64,000 nucleotides of DNA. Source: Octopus vulgaris (taxonomy: Eukaryota). This document shows positions 24,059-37,900 of the stretch, piece by piece (within the stretch, counting starts at the first letter, position 1; the number at the start of each line of letters is the position of its first letter). The translations under genes were made by a program, and so were the position numbers. The notes beneath the pieces were generated by a model, which was not told the origin of the DNA, made no database searches, and saw only the letters and a list, made by a program, of their open reading frames with translations. The stretch is from positions 30,628,001 through 30,692,000 of the forward strand of contig OX597818.1 in assembly GCA_951406725.2 (NCBI GenBank), read 5' to 3'.

Positions 24059-25839
24059 CATACATACATACATACATGCATATATATATGTCTATGACTT
24101 CCATCCCAACTTTGTAAATGATTTAAGTTTTATCCAATTATCCCCAATAATAAATATTGATTCATTTTATAAGTAAATTTGAACCAGAGGTTTTAGAGTT
24201 CAGTTAATTTTCTTCAAAGTATTTTTGTTTCTCTCTCTTATTTTCACGACCTGTCTTTTTTTTGCCTTATTAGTATCTGGGTATGTTTTGAGAAATTTTT
24301 CATCTCTGACACCTTACTGCATTGTATATTTTTAACCTCCTTACTCACTATCAATAAATACATCCAACCAGAGAGAAAAATGGACAATTTGGTAATGCAT
24401 TGTATATTCCATTTCAAATCAGAGTTGGCTTCTCTAAGTTGACTTGATTTTCTCTTTTAAACAGCTACACACAAAAGTTTAAACAATGATGATTCCATAC
24501 TCAATCTTTCAATTTTGTCATAAAAGTGGGGACTTATTTGTAATTTTCATTTAAACAATGAAAGTGATGATCCTATCATCTTCTTTACATGTCATTCAAC
24601 TTTCTACCGTTTTGACAATTCTTTTTTTTTTTTCTTGAGATAAATCATTTAAAACAAATTCTGTGTTTGGTTACATAATTTTTTCATTAAATTTATTTAG
24701 AGATTTTTTTTTTAGATATTTTGCTTAATATTTTTTTTTATGACATTATTTTCAATATTTTCAACGTGAATATCTTCTGAAAAATATTCTATTATGCCTA
24801 CCTTTCTCAAATTTTCTTAGTTATATGCACTTTCAAAACTCAGTTTAAACTACATTCTGTGTCATGCAGTATTGAAGCAATCACTAAGTTTCGTTTACAA
24901 CCCTCTAATTTTTGTTAGCTTGGTCTAAGGTACTCTTCCACCACAGCTAAATCAGTAGGTTTTGGACAGCTTAAGAAAAGGTACTGTGTAAAAAGCTATG
25001 ATAGATCAATATCACCTCTCATCTACATATCTGTATGGAAACAGGAGACACGCACTGTTACTAGGATCAGGTTTAGTATATTGGTTTAAGTATTTAATTT
25101 CTCGCTATTTTGAACATGCCAATAGAGTAAAACACTGTTGGCATGTTCAAAAGTTGACTTGCTAAGTTTCTCAATTCTTTTACTGCATATATGATGGTAT
25201 GACTGAAAATTTTTTTGTTCAACAGAGATCTTCCAAGTAATGAGTAGACAAAAACCCCTCCTGGTAGTGTTTGAAATAAAAAAAAACAAAAACGAGGGAG
25301 ACAAACCCTGAACAAGATTCTTTACTCAAACTTGCCATCCAATCAGACTGCATACATGTTTATTTCTTCATGATTACAACCATCTTAAACAGTTAATTCT
25401 GTTAAAATCCATTGCTAGTATTTCCACATCTCAAACACAAAACAATTGAGATGTAATTGTTTGCATTACCTTTTGACACTCAATTCTAGAAGTTGTATTT
25501 CTGAACCTTCATACAGTCCTTGCTTAGAACTGCAACCTTCTGACTCCTCCCCCTCTCAACAATTTTTTTTTTAATCTGCAGGCATTGACCTATAGATGTT
25601 CATTGAGTGGTAGACTTAATCTGTCACGCAGTTTAACACTGCAACCTGGCTCCTTGGGTATCTTTAATAGTGTCGACTCTCATAAGCATTTTAGCCAGTC
25701 TTAGACTAACTTTCTCCCTGATAAGGCTTATAAGCACTGGCCTGTATTCTCTGATTCAGCTTAGAAGGAAACATAAAACTTAACAATAACTGCATCAAAC
25801 TTTCTGGTTTAGAGGTGCACATAGAAATAGAGAAACTCT

Positions 25840-26912
25840 ACACTAAGGTGTTTTTTAACGAAGTCTCCATGTCAAGTGAAGCATTTGCACTATTGTTGAC
25901 CCAACTTTTGAATCCACTTTGAAATCATTTAGATATGCATTGTTGTACTTATTTCTTCATAGCCACTTTCATCTTGTCTGCATTATTAATCAAATCATTG
26001 TCCCTGAAGACTGTCTTCCATTGAACCAAACAGATGGAAGCAGGAGGATTCCAGATCTTGTTTGTACGGTGGATAGGAGACCACTGACTAACCCAATTTG
26101 CTGATTGGTTTGTTGCCAAAAATGTGTACGGTTATGCATTGTCATGGTGAATGTTCATTTGAATTTCTTGTTCACTCTCTTCCTCCAACTGATTTTTGTA
26201 AGCGTTTTGATTGTCTCAGTGTAATGCTTACTGTTTGCGGTACAGCCACGTTTCAGAAAATTGAGGAGAATGATGCTTGCCATTCTCCAAAACAGTCACC
26301 ATGACTTTCTGCACCAAGTACTGATTATTAGGCTTTGGAGAAATGTGACACCATTCCATTGACAACCTTCATGACCTAGATCATGAAAATATGCCCACAT
26401 TTCTTCTCCTGTCACCAAATAAAAGGAAAAAAGAAAGCATGTTCTCATTGACTTCAGTCGGTTCAAGCAGACTTCAATCCTCTCTTCTTGAAATTGGATG
26501 CCAGCTGCTGAGGTACACACTTTCCAATACCCAATGTCTTCCAGCATCTTTTGTAATGCATTGTGACCAAACTCCAATTGTACATCAAATTCATGGATTT
26601 GTCTGTCCGCACAAATCAATTTGTTCCCTAGCTAGTTTATGTCAATGGTTGCAGTCGAAGTCGGTATCACATAGTCTTCAGTGCTGGTTTCCTCGTCTTT
26701 GAACTTCACCCCTCTTGCCTTTTGTGGATGTCGGTCAACCTGTACCCCTCTTTCATGAATAACTTAATGATGGTTCTTGGTTCCTGCTTGGACTTATTTA
26801 CTTGCAATGAAGAATAGGAAAAAAAGTTACTCTACCATGTGCAATTTGAACGACATATGACAGTTAAGAAAAGAGTTATGCACACCTTTGCATTGCTTTT
26901 GGCACAACCATC
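25840..26912 (-). pseudogene. Decayed mariner transposase
   Basis: LVTGEEMWAYF (IVTGDETWVY-like) and DLxxSxFHLFG remnants with many frameshifts. Confidence 0.65.
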
Positions 26913-28733
26913 GTGTGTGTGTGTGTCTTTGTCCCCTTTTGTTTGACAATCAGTGTTTATTTGTTTACGTCCCCATGACTTAACAGTTCGGCTTAAGAGA
27001 CCAATAGAATAAATACGAGACTATAAAATAAGTATCATGCGAATTGCATAGACATGCCCTGGTCACTTTTGCCATTGGAAATACAGTGAACCAGTGATTT
27101 GTCTTTTGGAAAATTTTAAGCAACAATGCTATGGTTCACCAAATGTATTATATAAAATTAAATAAACAATAAAACAGTTTGGCTCTGAATTCATTGTAGA
27201 TAAGGTACAAGAGTGATACTTTAATTTATTGGGTTTGGTAGAATAATGTAGTTACCTCTTGTGAGGCAATATAGCAATATACTTAATTTGATGGAGGCAG
27301 TCACACTACACATACAAGCATTGGTCGCAGTTTCTGATTGCTAGTTGATTAGGGAGATTTAATATAAGAATTTATGTTGTGATGTCTCTACTGTTATCGC
27401 TGAGAACTTGTCGACCTCCCCAGTACTGTGCCGTGAGGAAATACACTCTGTAAAGTAGTTGGTGATAGGTAGGGCATCCCGTCGTAGAAGCCAATCAGAC
27501 TGACATATAAGCACAAGTCTAAGAGCAGCAATTCCCAATAAAAAATGACTCTGATTGTGACAACTAGCCCAATCCATGCAAGCTTGGAAAGCAGACGTAA
27601 TTGAGAATGATGATTCGTTAATAAGAAAATGAGATAAGGCAAAAAGAAAGGAACAAAAAAAATGGATTAAAGTAATATATTTTGTTACGGATGAGGTGTT
27701 GGTAAAAATAGAGACAGGTAAGAGAAACAGTTTGTTCCTTTAGGTTCTGAGTTCAAGATATCTTGCATCCTTCCTGAATTATATAAAAAAAATACCAGTG
27801 AAAGATTGCTTCGATTCCATCATCTGTAACCTATACCGATAAAAATTGGTTTTTTTTTTTGCATATGTAAAAAATAAATACATTTCGTTGCTTCTGAAAA
27901 AATATATAGATACAATATAGTTTAAATATGATAGATGCTTGATCCTTCTCTTGAACTGTAAATACAGTTGGGATGTGAATGCCGATGAATGAGTTTATCA
28001 ACGGTAGTCTTTTTTATCCATTAGAAATCCATTATAAATAACAGTAAATGTAAAGATGTACATACATAGGTACATACTCAATCGAACACGCCATGAATCG
28101 CGTGCTACAAGCGGAAGTGAAAAAGACAGTGTACATAACATACATTACTCTTTCTTTTTACAGTACTTTTTGTACATTTTATCACACACAAAAACAGGTA
28201 AGATCAGGTTCATCTCCAAAGTTTTAACCATTCACTAATGGTTTTCAATTTCCCAGAAATAACATGGCAGAAAGAAGACAAAATCCGAGTGAGTCTGACG
28301 AAATGAATACTTTATAACCATTCATTTTTTTTTTTCTCTCTCTCTCTCTTTCACACAAACACATACACACATACCCATTCTCACATACACGCACACTTTT
28401 TGTCTTTTCTTCGTCTTTTAATCCCCACTTATTATTTTTTTTTTTTTTGTGGAGATTTACTTTTGCTTCTCTGAAAGCAGAAGATAATTAGAAATAAGTG
28501 TACTCCAATAATTTGTGTAGCTTTGAATGTATTGCCGATGATGAAATACTTGTTGCTAATTAGTAGCTCTTTAGAATGAAACCGTATCCGTGCTCATTAG
28601 ATAAAAGTCCTTGGATCATATGAAACCGTTTGCTCCACTTGTTTGTCTGTTGAGCATCATTAATGCTTTGGAAATTACATGTTCTCAAGTTCAGCTAAGA
28701 ACTGAGAGATGATGTTTGCATGAAGAGAAAGTC

Positions 28734-28906
28734 TCAGCATTTGGGACCGACCGGAAGCTTCACTGCATGCTTTACTCGTGGATGTATCGTTTTGCCGTTG
28801 TTGTTCTTTGGCCAGCCGGCCACAGGAGATGTTGGACTGCATTGTTGAAGTATAGGGCCACTTGTATCTACCCAGAACCGGTTTAAAGGATTCATAAATT
28901 GGTGAG
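28734..28906 (-). CDS. Putative terminal coding exon (AHQFMNPLNRFWVDTSGP...PVGPKC*)
   Basis: ttcctttttag acceptor, phase 1, relatively GC-rich open frame, followed by UTR-like sequence. Confidence 0.6.
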
Positions 28907-31900
28907 CTAAAAAGGAAATTAAAGCAAAATTTATCATATATTCAGGAATGCGTGTCATAATATCAGAATGATTCAAAGCAATATCAACAGATGTAGTAAA
29001 AAATCTTGTTGGATAGAATAAAATAAAATTTATTTTATTTTCCAATAATTGCTTCCTTCTTCAAATTACAAGGATGGTTGGGAAAGGTGCATACCTCAAT
29101 TTCTTGCAGCATTAAATAGGAAAACGTCTGTTCCTGGATATGATGCTAGACTATACTAGTAGGGTCTATCACTTGAGAAACTGAACTCAGCACTTGTAAA
29201 CCAAATGACGATTTTGGAGCACTGTGAATTATAGGAGTGATGAGCCTCTGAAGGATACTCTACGTGCTTGCTAGAAATAGAAGCTAAACCCCTTCAGATC
29301 GCAACCTATCTTTAATAAAGGTCATTCGGTCAATGTAGTTCCTGATATACAAAAAGACGGGATGGTTACGATGGAAACGCCTTTGGTCAGAGATATTTTT
29401 GAAAAGAGATGACTCGGGGTTAAACAACATCAACAACCAATTTAAAGTTGGATGGACTCTATTGTTGAAAGTTAAGTAATCCTAATGCAATTGTGGTTAT
29501 AGATTCGAACTACTGACTTATTGACTACCTATAGACTTGTTAATCTTCACTCTGGGAAATGGATAGTAATTATATAATGTGTATGTAACTTGAGACTAAC
29601 AAAGTAGCAGATACGATGGTTCTGTTTAACTAAGCTTATTACAAATCCCTAGATCTCTGACTTATTGAACGTTGGTCGTGACTGATCTGTTTTTCTCACA
29701 AACACAATAGACTAAATTTATCTTTTCATGAACCATAAGAGTTATTTACTGTAGCGTTATCCGAATATGCCACATACTTCTCTTTCTGCATAGGAAGCTT
29801 CCCTCAGAAGACTTGGTAACTATTCTACAGCAATGTTCATTTATTTCGAGCCTAGAGGCCAATGAAGTAAGAAAATGCCTGGATTTCGAGGTGTTGAAGG
29901 AATGCCAGTCTGTTGTAGAATTAACGTCTAGGTTCCACTGGAATTAATTTTAAGTTAAATGTACTGGAGCAACATTAAACGAAGTGTTTTTGCTCAAAAA
30001 AACAACAAAAAAATTGGTCGCCTGGTTCGAGATTAAATCTATGGCCTGATGATCACGAATCCCAAATCCTAGCCTTGAATGCAAACTGAGATAAATATAA
30101 TTAATTATCCTTCTCAGAGAGACAAATAAATGCTTGAAGCGGGATATTAACTTGAAAACTATGTACGAAAGTCCAGCTTTTGTTCAACAATACTTCTGGT
30201 TTTATACACAGATCTGAATTAACGCTGAATTGTATTAAATTAGAGCCATTTTGTTAATTACTCCCCTCCGCTTCCACTAACAAGTTGCAGGGATTCTTAA
30301 GGCCAAGAATTTTCTTTGGTTTCCCATACTGTCAGTGATATACAACCTAGGGATATGGCATTTAAAATATACTATTTCATATTGACTTGTTCGGGATGAA
30401 AGGCGATGAATTAAAAAGAAAAGAAAACAAAATTAAAAATAGAAATAAAAAAAATTAAGCACAACTTGAACAAAGATATCATGCTAGTTGCAAACAAATA
30501 TTTAGAAATTACAAAATAAATATTGTAAAAGATCATCCCTAAAACTCTGGTGTGGCAAAATTGGTGTTCAACAATGTATGTATGTATGTATGTATGTATG
30601 TATGTATGTATGTATGTATGTATGTATGTATGTATGTATGTATGTATGTATGTATGTATGTATGTATGTATGTATGTATGTATGTATGTATGTATGTATG
30701 TATGTATGTATGTATGTATGTATGTATGTATGTATGTATGTATGTATGTATGTATGCATGCATGCATGCATGCATGCATGCATTGTGTGTGTGTGTCGTA
30801 CGAAACAAATTATACCAATGTTTTTATTTGTTCTATTAGTGGAATCAAAGAAAAGTTCTTAACTACGTATACAAGCTTCTCTCACGAATAAACAAATGCA
30901 GGAAAAGCGATTGCAGTAACTTGATTAACCTTCAGACTCAGAACCCGTCTGTTGCGCATGGGAAACAAAATCCCTGTTTAGGCTTGATAGTGTAGTCTGT
31001 AGGATTGTAGAGCATATTCATTTCGATATTTAGTTTAATGTAAGGACTACCATCAAGAAAACATGAAACTAGTTTGTTTTGGGGTCCTGTACCTTGGGTT
31101 TCCTGTTGGGGTTCATTCTATTAGCCATTTTTTGTTTCGAAGACGAGCAGACCAAGCAGACAGGCGGACTAGAATTCAGCATAGCAAATTAAAGAGGGAC
31201 ACAGCAACCTTACAATACTTCTACTGCTGCTGCTGTTTCATATATGTTATTTTAGCTAATGGTACTTACTCATAGGAAGGCGGTGAGCTGGCAGAAACGT
31301 TAGCACGCCGGGCGAAATGCTTAGCCGTATTTCGTCTGCCGTTACATTCTGAGTTCAAATTCCGCCGAGGTCGACTTTGCCTTTCATCCTTTCGGGGTCG
31401 ATAAATTAAGTACCAGTTACTCACTGGGGTCGATGTAATCGACTTAATCTGTTTGTCTGTCCTTGTTTGTCCTCTCTGTGTTTAGCCCCATGTGGGTAGT
31501 AAAGAAATAGGTACTTACTCATAGGTAGGTAGGATGGATTGAAAAGTGCAAAGTCATAGACACTAGTTACAGGACACGGCCGACCCATTGGATTGTTAAG
31601 GCTATTCAGAGAGAGAGAGAGGACGTTGACCATTGTGAATCTGCTAGGACGTCTCGTTTTTTGTCTTTATATAAACTTTGTTGGATCTTTTCTGTTTGGT
31701 TGCCACTTTTCAATTTCTGTTCCAACTGATTTCGTATTAGGTGTAATGATGTAGTTTTGTATGTTAATCATTGCCATGAAATTATTTTACTCACAAACGT
31801 CTTCGAAACGTTTGAATGTTTATTTCAATATCTGGAGTAGACATTAAGTTTTCATTTCGTGTTCACATTAATTTCAGTATCATTCCCTATTCTAGGGCAG

Positions 31901-34900
31901 TTAGAAACGACCTTAAGAAAACTAACATTGAACAAAACAAAATACAAATAGAAAAAAGGGGAAGAAAACAATTCAATTAAACTGACACATACACTTTGTC
32001 AAATAAAAAAAAAAATTAACAAAGAAACATTAATTTATACGATTAAAAGCAATGGCATTAACAATAACGATAGCAGCAGCAAGCACAATAGCAGAGGCAA
32101 CAACATCTGTTAGTGTTGCTAAAGGATAGACATTATTTAGCTACCGGGCCAAACATGTTCAACGTGAAAGCAGTATGTCGCCAAAAGAAGTGCATCCTTG
32201 CTCGAAAGGTTCATACTAGAATAGGCGAAGAGGAAAGTAAGTTACCTTTACTTCACGAGCGAGAAAAAGGGGTTTACTGTTACCCTCAGGATTGAGAGAT
32301 CTTTTATTTCCTATCTTTTTCTGAATGTTTGTTTTCCATGTTTACAGTGATTTTGATATTTCGGTATGGATAGATTTGAGTGAGTACCTACTTTACTTTA
32401 TAGCTGCTTATATTATTTCGTTTATGTTAGTGATATTGATGTTCGTATCTGTTTTTACTAAGTCTGTGATACCAGTTTTGTATTTGTCGTTGTTGCTATT
32501 TCATCGGGAGGTACTTTCGTTAGTTTGTTCAAAGTTCTATTGATTTCAATTCTTCAATTATCTCCGCTTTTAAATTATTGCCATGTTTATGATTTCTGTC
32601 TTTAGAATTTCCTATTTTCAGATCTTCGTCATTTTCTACTTTACTCATACTTTTGTTTGTGTTGTTCTAAACTGGTTTCTGTGGTCCAGCAGTTTGTAGG
32701 TATTTTAAGATTTGATTTTGTTGTATTTTATTATTCACTTTGTTTTGTAGGTGCTAGGTCTATCCCCGTGGTTTACATTCTCAGTGTTTTTTTTTATGCT
32801 TTAGTTTGTTTATTTATTTATTTCTCGTCATGTATTATATCTGTAAATGTCCTATTTCAAATTAGATATTTTTAGATGTTGTGAATGCATCTCCTTAAGT
32901 TAGCAAGTCTATTTGGATCCAGCGTTACGTTTAGATCAAGGTTATTTTTTTTTCTCCAAATGTTATTCAAGAATACTGTCACCATTTCACTTTTAGGTCG
33001 AGCGTGTCTGTAGCTTACGCCTACAGAATAAAAACATATTCTCCTCATGTTTCTTTTGCTTTTGTTTCATTTGCAAGACTTAAATCCAGCCATTTATTTA
33101 GATCATTATCAACTTCGTCAGATACTGTTTATTTGCTTTTGACGTTGCACTGTGCGTGTGTGTGTGTGTATGTGTGTGTGTGTGTGTTTGAAATAATGAG
33201 TAGAGATGGCTTTTTTGAGGGGATAAACATTATTATTAAGATTAAAAGAAAAATTATCCCCTCAAAAAAGCCATCTCTACTCATCCTTTCAAATATATAT
33301 AATATCAAGAACTTTCTGTTTATTATTCTACTATATATATATATATATGTATACACACACACACACACACACACACCGCAGGCGTGGCTGTGTGGTAAGA
33401 AGCTTGCTACCTAACGACATGGTTCCGGGTTCTGTTCCACTGCGTGGCACTTTGGGCAAGTGTCTTCTACTATAGTCTCAGGCCGACCAAAGCCTTGTGG
33501 GTGGATTTGGTAGGCGGAAACTGAAAGAAGCCCATCGTATATATATATTTATGCACGTGTCGTGCTTATCTCTCCACCATCGCTTGGTAATCGATGTTGG
33601 TGCGTTTACGTCTCCGTAACCTAGCGGTTTGGCAAAAAAAAAACGATATAATAAGTACTAGGCTTACGAAGAATAAGTCCTGGGGTCCGTTGTTTTAAGG
33701 TGGTGCTGCAGCATGACCGTTGTCAAAGTAAAACAAGTAAAAGAATGTATGTGTGTGTATCTGGTATGACTAGAGCTTTGATTGTTTACTCATGGTATTC
33801 AATTGCCACCCAGTATTATATGAGGTAAGAATCAATAGATTTACAAATAAATCAGCGTATTACATAGGCAGTTATACTTCACTGCTCTCCTAATTTCCCC
33901 CCGGTGTTAAAGGATTTTCCTTTGCAAATTAAAGAGGGAGACATTAACCTTACGATACTTCTACTGCTGTTACTGTTTCATATATGTTATTTTAGCCAAT
34001 GGTACTTACTCACAGGTAGGTAGGATGGATTGAAAAGTGCAAAGCCATAGACACTAGTGACAGGATACGGCCGACCCATTGGATTGTTAAGGCTTCAGAG
34101 AGAGAGATTCAGAGATTGGATTCAGAGAGAGAGAGAGAGAGTGGACGTTGACCATTGTGAATCTGTTAGATCCATTATACTTTTCCTGGTATTCTGTTAA
34201 ATGTGCCTCAGTTATTGTTAATGTGACGGAAGAAAATGTCTTGCGACATTTGTTCTGGCTCTTTATAATTAGAGTTTAAATATCTCCAAGGCCAATTTTA
34301 CCTTCTATCCCTCTGGGGACAATGAAGTGAAGTACTAGTAAAGTACTGGTGTTGATATAATCGGCTGTACAGCCCACACAATTTTCTTGCCTTGTTTCTA
34401 ATGTAGAAGCAGTTATTATTATTATTGGTGGTAGTAGCAATTGAACAGTATTATTGTAAAGTATAGAAGCCATCTTAACATGGCTAACCACATAGGGGAG
34501 GGGGTGTTACTGTAGCTTTATAGCCCCAGGAGATCGTCGTCTCCAGCTGGCTTTAGACACCATTTCAGTGCCCTTGAAGTATTTGCAAAGGGAGGCCAAT
34601 TATTGTGAATTCCTAAAATTATAAGGTAGAAAAGGGGAGCAACAAAAGTATAGAAAAGAAATTAAAGCTGGAAACTGGGAAATGAACAGGAAGGGAATAT
34701 TTCAGTTGTTTTGCTTTTGCGTTAATATTACACACAAAAAAAAAATCCAAGTATTTTTGTAAAAAAACAGCAATTGAGGGAAGAGTGACAAGTGATCGGG
34801 GAAAATACGTTTGTAAAACGCAGTGGGAAAAAGCCATATCCAGATAAAAAGACGAAAAACTTTTGCGTGATATTAGAAATAGAGTAACAGTAAATATTTC

Positions 34901-37900
34901 GTAAGATATAAATGCTTGTATTTAACTGCTTCATAGCAGTAAGAACTTTTAGAGCAAAAGTAGATTTTAGGTTATATGCAAAATATTTCAAAAGTGCAAC
35001 ACGGAGTAGTTTGCGAGGGAATGTCTGACAGAAAAGCAACAATGAAATGGAGTACTGTTTTCTAACATTGGTTCATAATCTCAGATTTATAGCGGAGTGG
35101 AGAAACGAGGTTGTGTAACATTCATGCCTTTCTCAAGAACATCGGTGATATAAGCGAAGAGAAATAATTTCAGTCAGGAATCCGGGTTGCGTATTGGGCT
35201 TGCTGGGAAGTGCACTACCGTACTGCAATGGAACCTTAGATAAAAGTATTGTTTGGAATATGAAGTTTATTTTAGCCCCGTTTCATGTTTATTTTACAGT
35301 AAGAATGATAAACTTGGTGCGTGAAAACGTGTTTTCGAAAGTGGAAATAAGAAATGAGCAAGTTCAAGACTGTTTAAAATAAACAAGCTAAACAATTTAT
35401 CAATGTTCTCTGTTGTTTAGAGAACTGCAAAAACGCTTTATGGAATGTCCTTTCACCCCACTCTCTCTCCTTCCCTCTTTCTCTTTTTCTTCCACTTTCT
35501 CCTTCCTGTGTGCAGTGGTGTAAAACACAGAATATTATCACTGGCTGCATCTGATAATTTCCAAAAGGAAAACACTCATAAAATTGTTAAATATCTTTAC
35601 CATCACAAATGCACATTTAGATAATGTCCGGTTCTAGATTTTGGACTATTAGGCTATCTCGAAAAAGATTTTTCTAGACGGTCTGTCACCTATCCACTAC
35701 TGTTACATGTGCAATTAAGTTCCCGACCCCCAAGAAATAACAAAGAAACATCTTCAGATATTTCGCTCCAATAAGACAATAATAAGAAAGACGAATTGAA
35801 AAACTGAAGAAAATTGCATTTTTTAAGGAATTATGGCATAAATCTGGCAGATTTTTTCTAATACCAGACCTAATGAGATATAACCAATCATTGGGTCACA
35901 CCTTTAAAAGAGAAAATTAACAAACATCGTATGAACTACATTGTACATCATATACTAAACTAAGCAAATCATAAAACATTTAATCGTGAGAGAGCACGTG
36001 AGACAGAAACGAAACTATTCAAAGTAATAGACGGATTTGAAGGTAACGCAACACAATTTTAGTAAAAGGTTATATTTAAACATAACGATGAGGTTACGCG
36101 TGCCATAAGTGAAAACATAAAGGGCCGCGTGCCACAGGTTACTTATACTTGATATAAATATGTAGCCTTAGTTAATCAACTACAGGAAATGACAGACAAA
36201 AGAGATATTTTTCTTCGCAGTTTATTAAAAGCAAAATTTGATTCGGTTGAAAATATTTTGATGGAGGGGAAAAAGCCAATAGTGTACTGTAAAAGGTTAA
36301 ATTTGCGATGCAGGAAATAAATTTGCCGTGGGAGGTAGTCCGAAATAGGGTGGAACAGACCTGTTGTGTTATGTTCATTCGCGCCCAGGCTACACCTTCG
36401 GAAAGATTGAAGCTGTAACCATTCTGCCTTGAAGTTGCCAGCATCGCAGTAATCAGTAGAAAGAAGACAGCCTAGCCTGTCAAGTAGAAGAACACTGGTA
36501 CTTAGTGTCAGTTTTAACAGACTATAGCCAGCTTCATTCTGATAGTTAACAGTTATCTCACTATTACTTATCTTACTCTGATTCTATGAGACTGAAGTTA
36601 AAACCAATCTGATGGAAATTAAGTTACACACTTTAGATCTGATCTGGTAGTATTTAAAATCATAACTCTTGTTAGGTCTGGCATAACGAATATATTTATA
36701 TGGAAATACGCATATAGAATTACACGATACAATCAAGCTTTACAGCTGTTTCAGATAATCAACAACTGGTGCTATATATAACGTATATTATGTAATGAAG
36801 TTCAATAAAATTATAGGTGTGTGAACAGGTACGGATTTTGAAAGAAACTTGAAACACAATCACAATAACCTCATCAGAAGACACTGAAAAATAGCTTAGT
36901 AGAGAACAGTGTTTGTATACCTAAAATATTATAGATTTCATAACGTAATATTAATATGCATGGTTATAGTACCAGTCATTTATAATCCGAAACAACTGTA
37001 AAGATAAAACTTGATTGCTTACACTTGTAATTGTTTACACAACTTTCCATATAAATACTTTTCTTACGATTGTTGTTTGTCTTTTTTGCTTGCATAACCA
37101 CTCGACAAAGATCGTTTTACTTCACACTACCTACTTTTGATGAAGAATTTTGAAATTTAAACTTCGAAATTCTCTGGGAACTACCCGGTGACTTTCTATA
37201 CATGCTTACTTTAATATTTTATGACCCATTCTTGATATATATAATCTAGCTTTCTTTTTCCCAACTCTTAATCTAAGCGTCTTTACATTTGTACTGAGAA
37301 TCTTTTTTCTGTACTTTATTTAAAAGTGAATTTACAAGTGTAAAAATAAATTGCTTACGGATGAAATGAACCCCCATATCTTTTAACTTACAGCTAACAC
37401 TCCACTGCACACAAATTTTGATTAAACTATTTAAGTTCCGGAGTTCTTTCCCACCCCTTCCTTGAGCAGAATTAATATATTTATACGAATGATCTTTTCT
37501 CTCATCTTTACAGGTGAAATTTTAATCAACTGCCCATTTTCGACTTGTTATATTAATTCCCACTTAACTATTTGCTTTTTTTAAAGATAAAAGTAGGCGT
37601 TCCTGGGTAACCTTCTCCAACCGTTCTCATAAGCTGCTACTTCCATCAGTGTTTATTTACTCAAATTCATTATATAGCTATCAGATTCCGATCTAGCAAT
37701 TTCTGGTAAAAACTATGATTTACTGAGAAGGTGTAATAAGACCGAAACAGGCGCAGAGTTGTCACTCTACTTGCCAAAGATCAGAATTACTCTTCAATGC
37801 ATGCTCCCTTTCATTTTTTAATTAAATTCTCTCAGTTCATTCTCGAAATAGTCTCTCCTGTTTTATTTATTTCGATGAATCGTTAAGTTTAAAACTCATT

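Noticed and set aside
30411-30891. ORFs with YVCM/HTYI repeats (also 21746-22127, 41184-41447, 53492-53897, 61455-61825)
   Set aside because: Translations of (TATG)n/(CA)n/(TA)n microsatellites, not genes.
37131-37195. Possible minus-strand exon (KSPGSSQRISKFKFQNSSSKV)
   Set aside because: Weak acceptor, and joining it to the upstream TG creates TGA.
37723-37756. CTGAGAA-ggt...acc-GAAAC hammerhead-like motif
   Set aside because: The core has a deletion, and there is no NUH triplet or convincing stem I.
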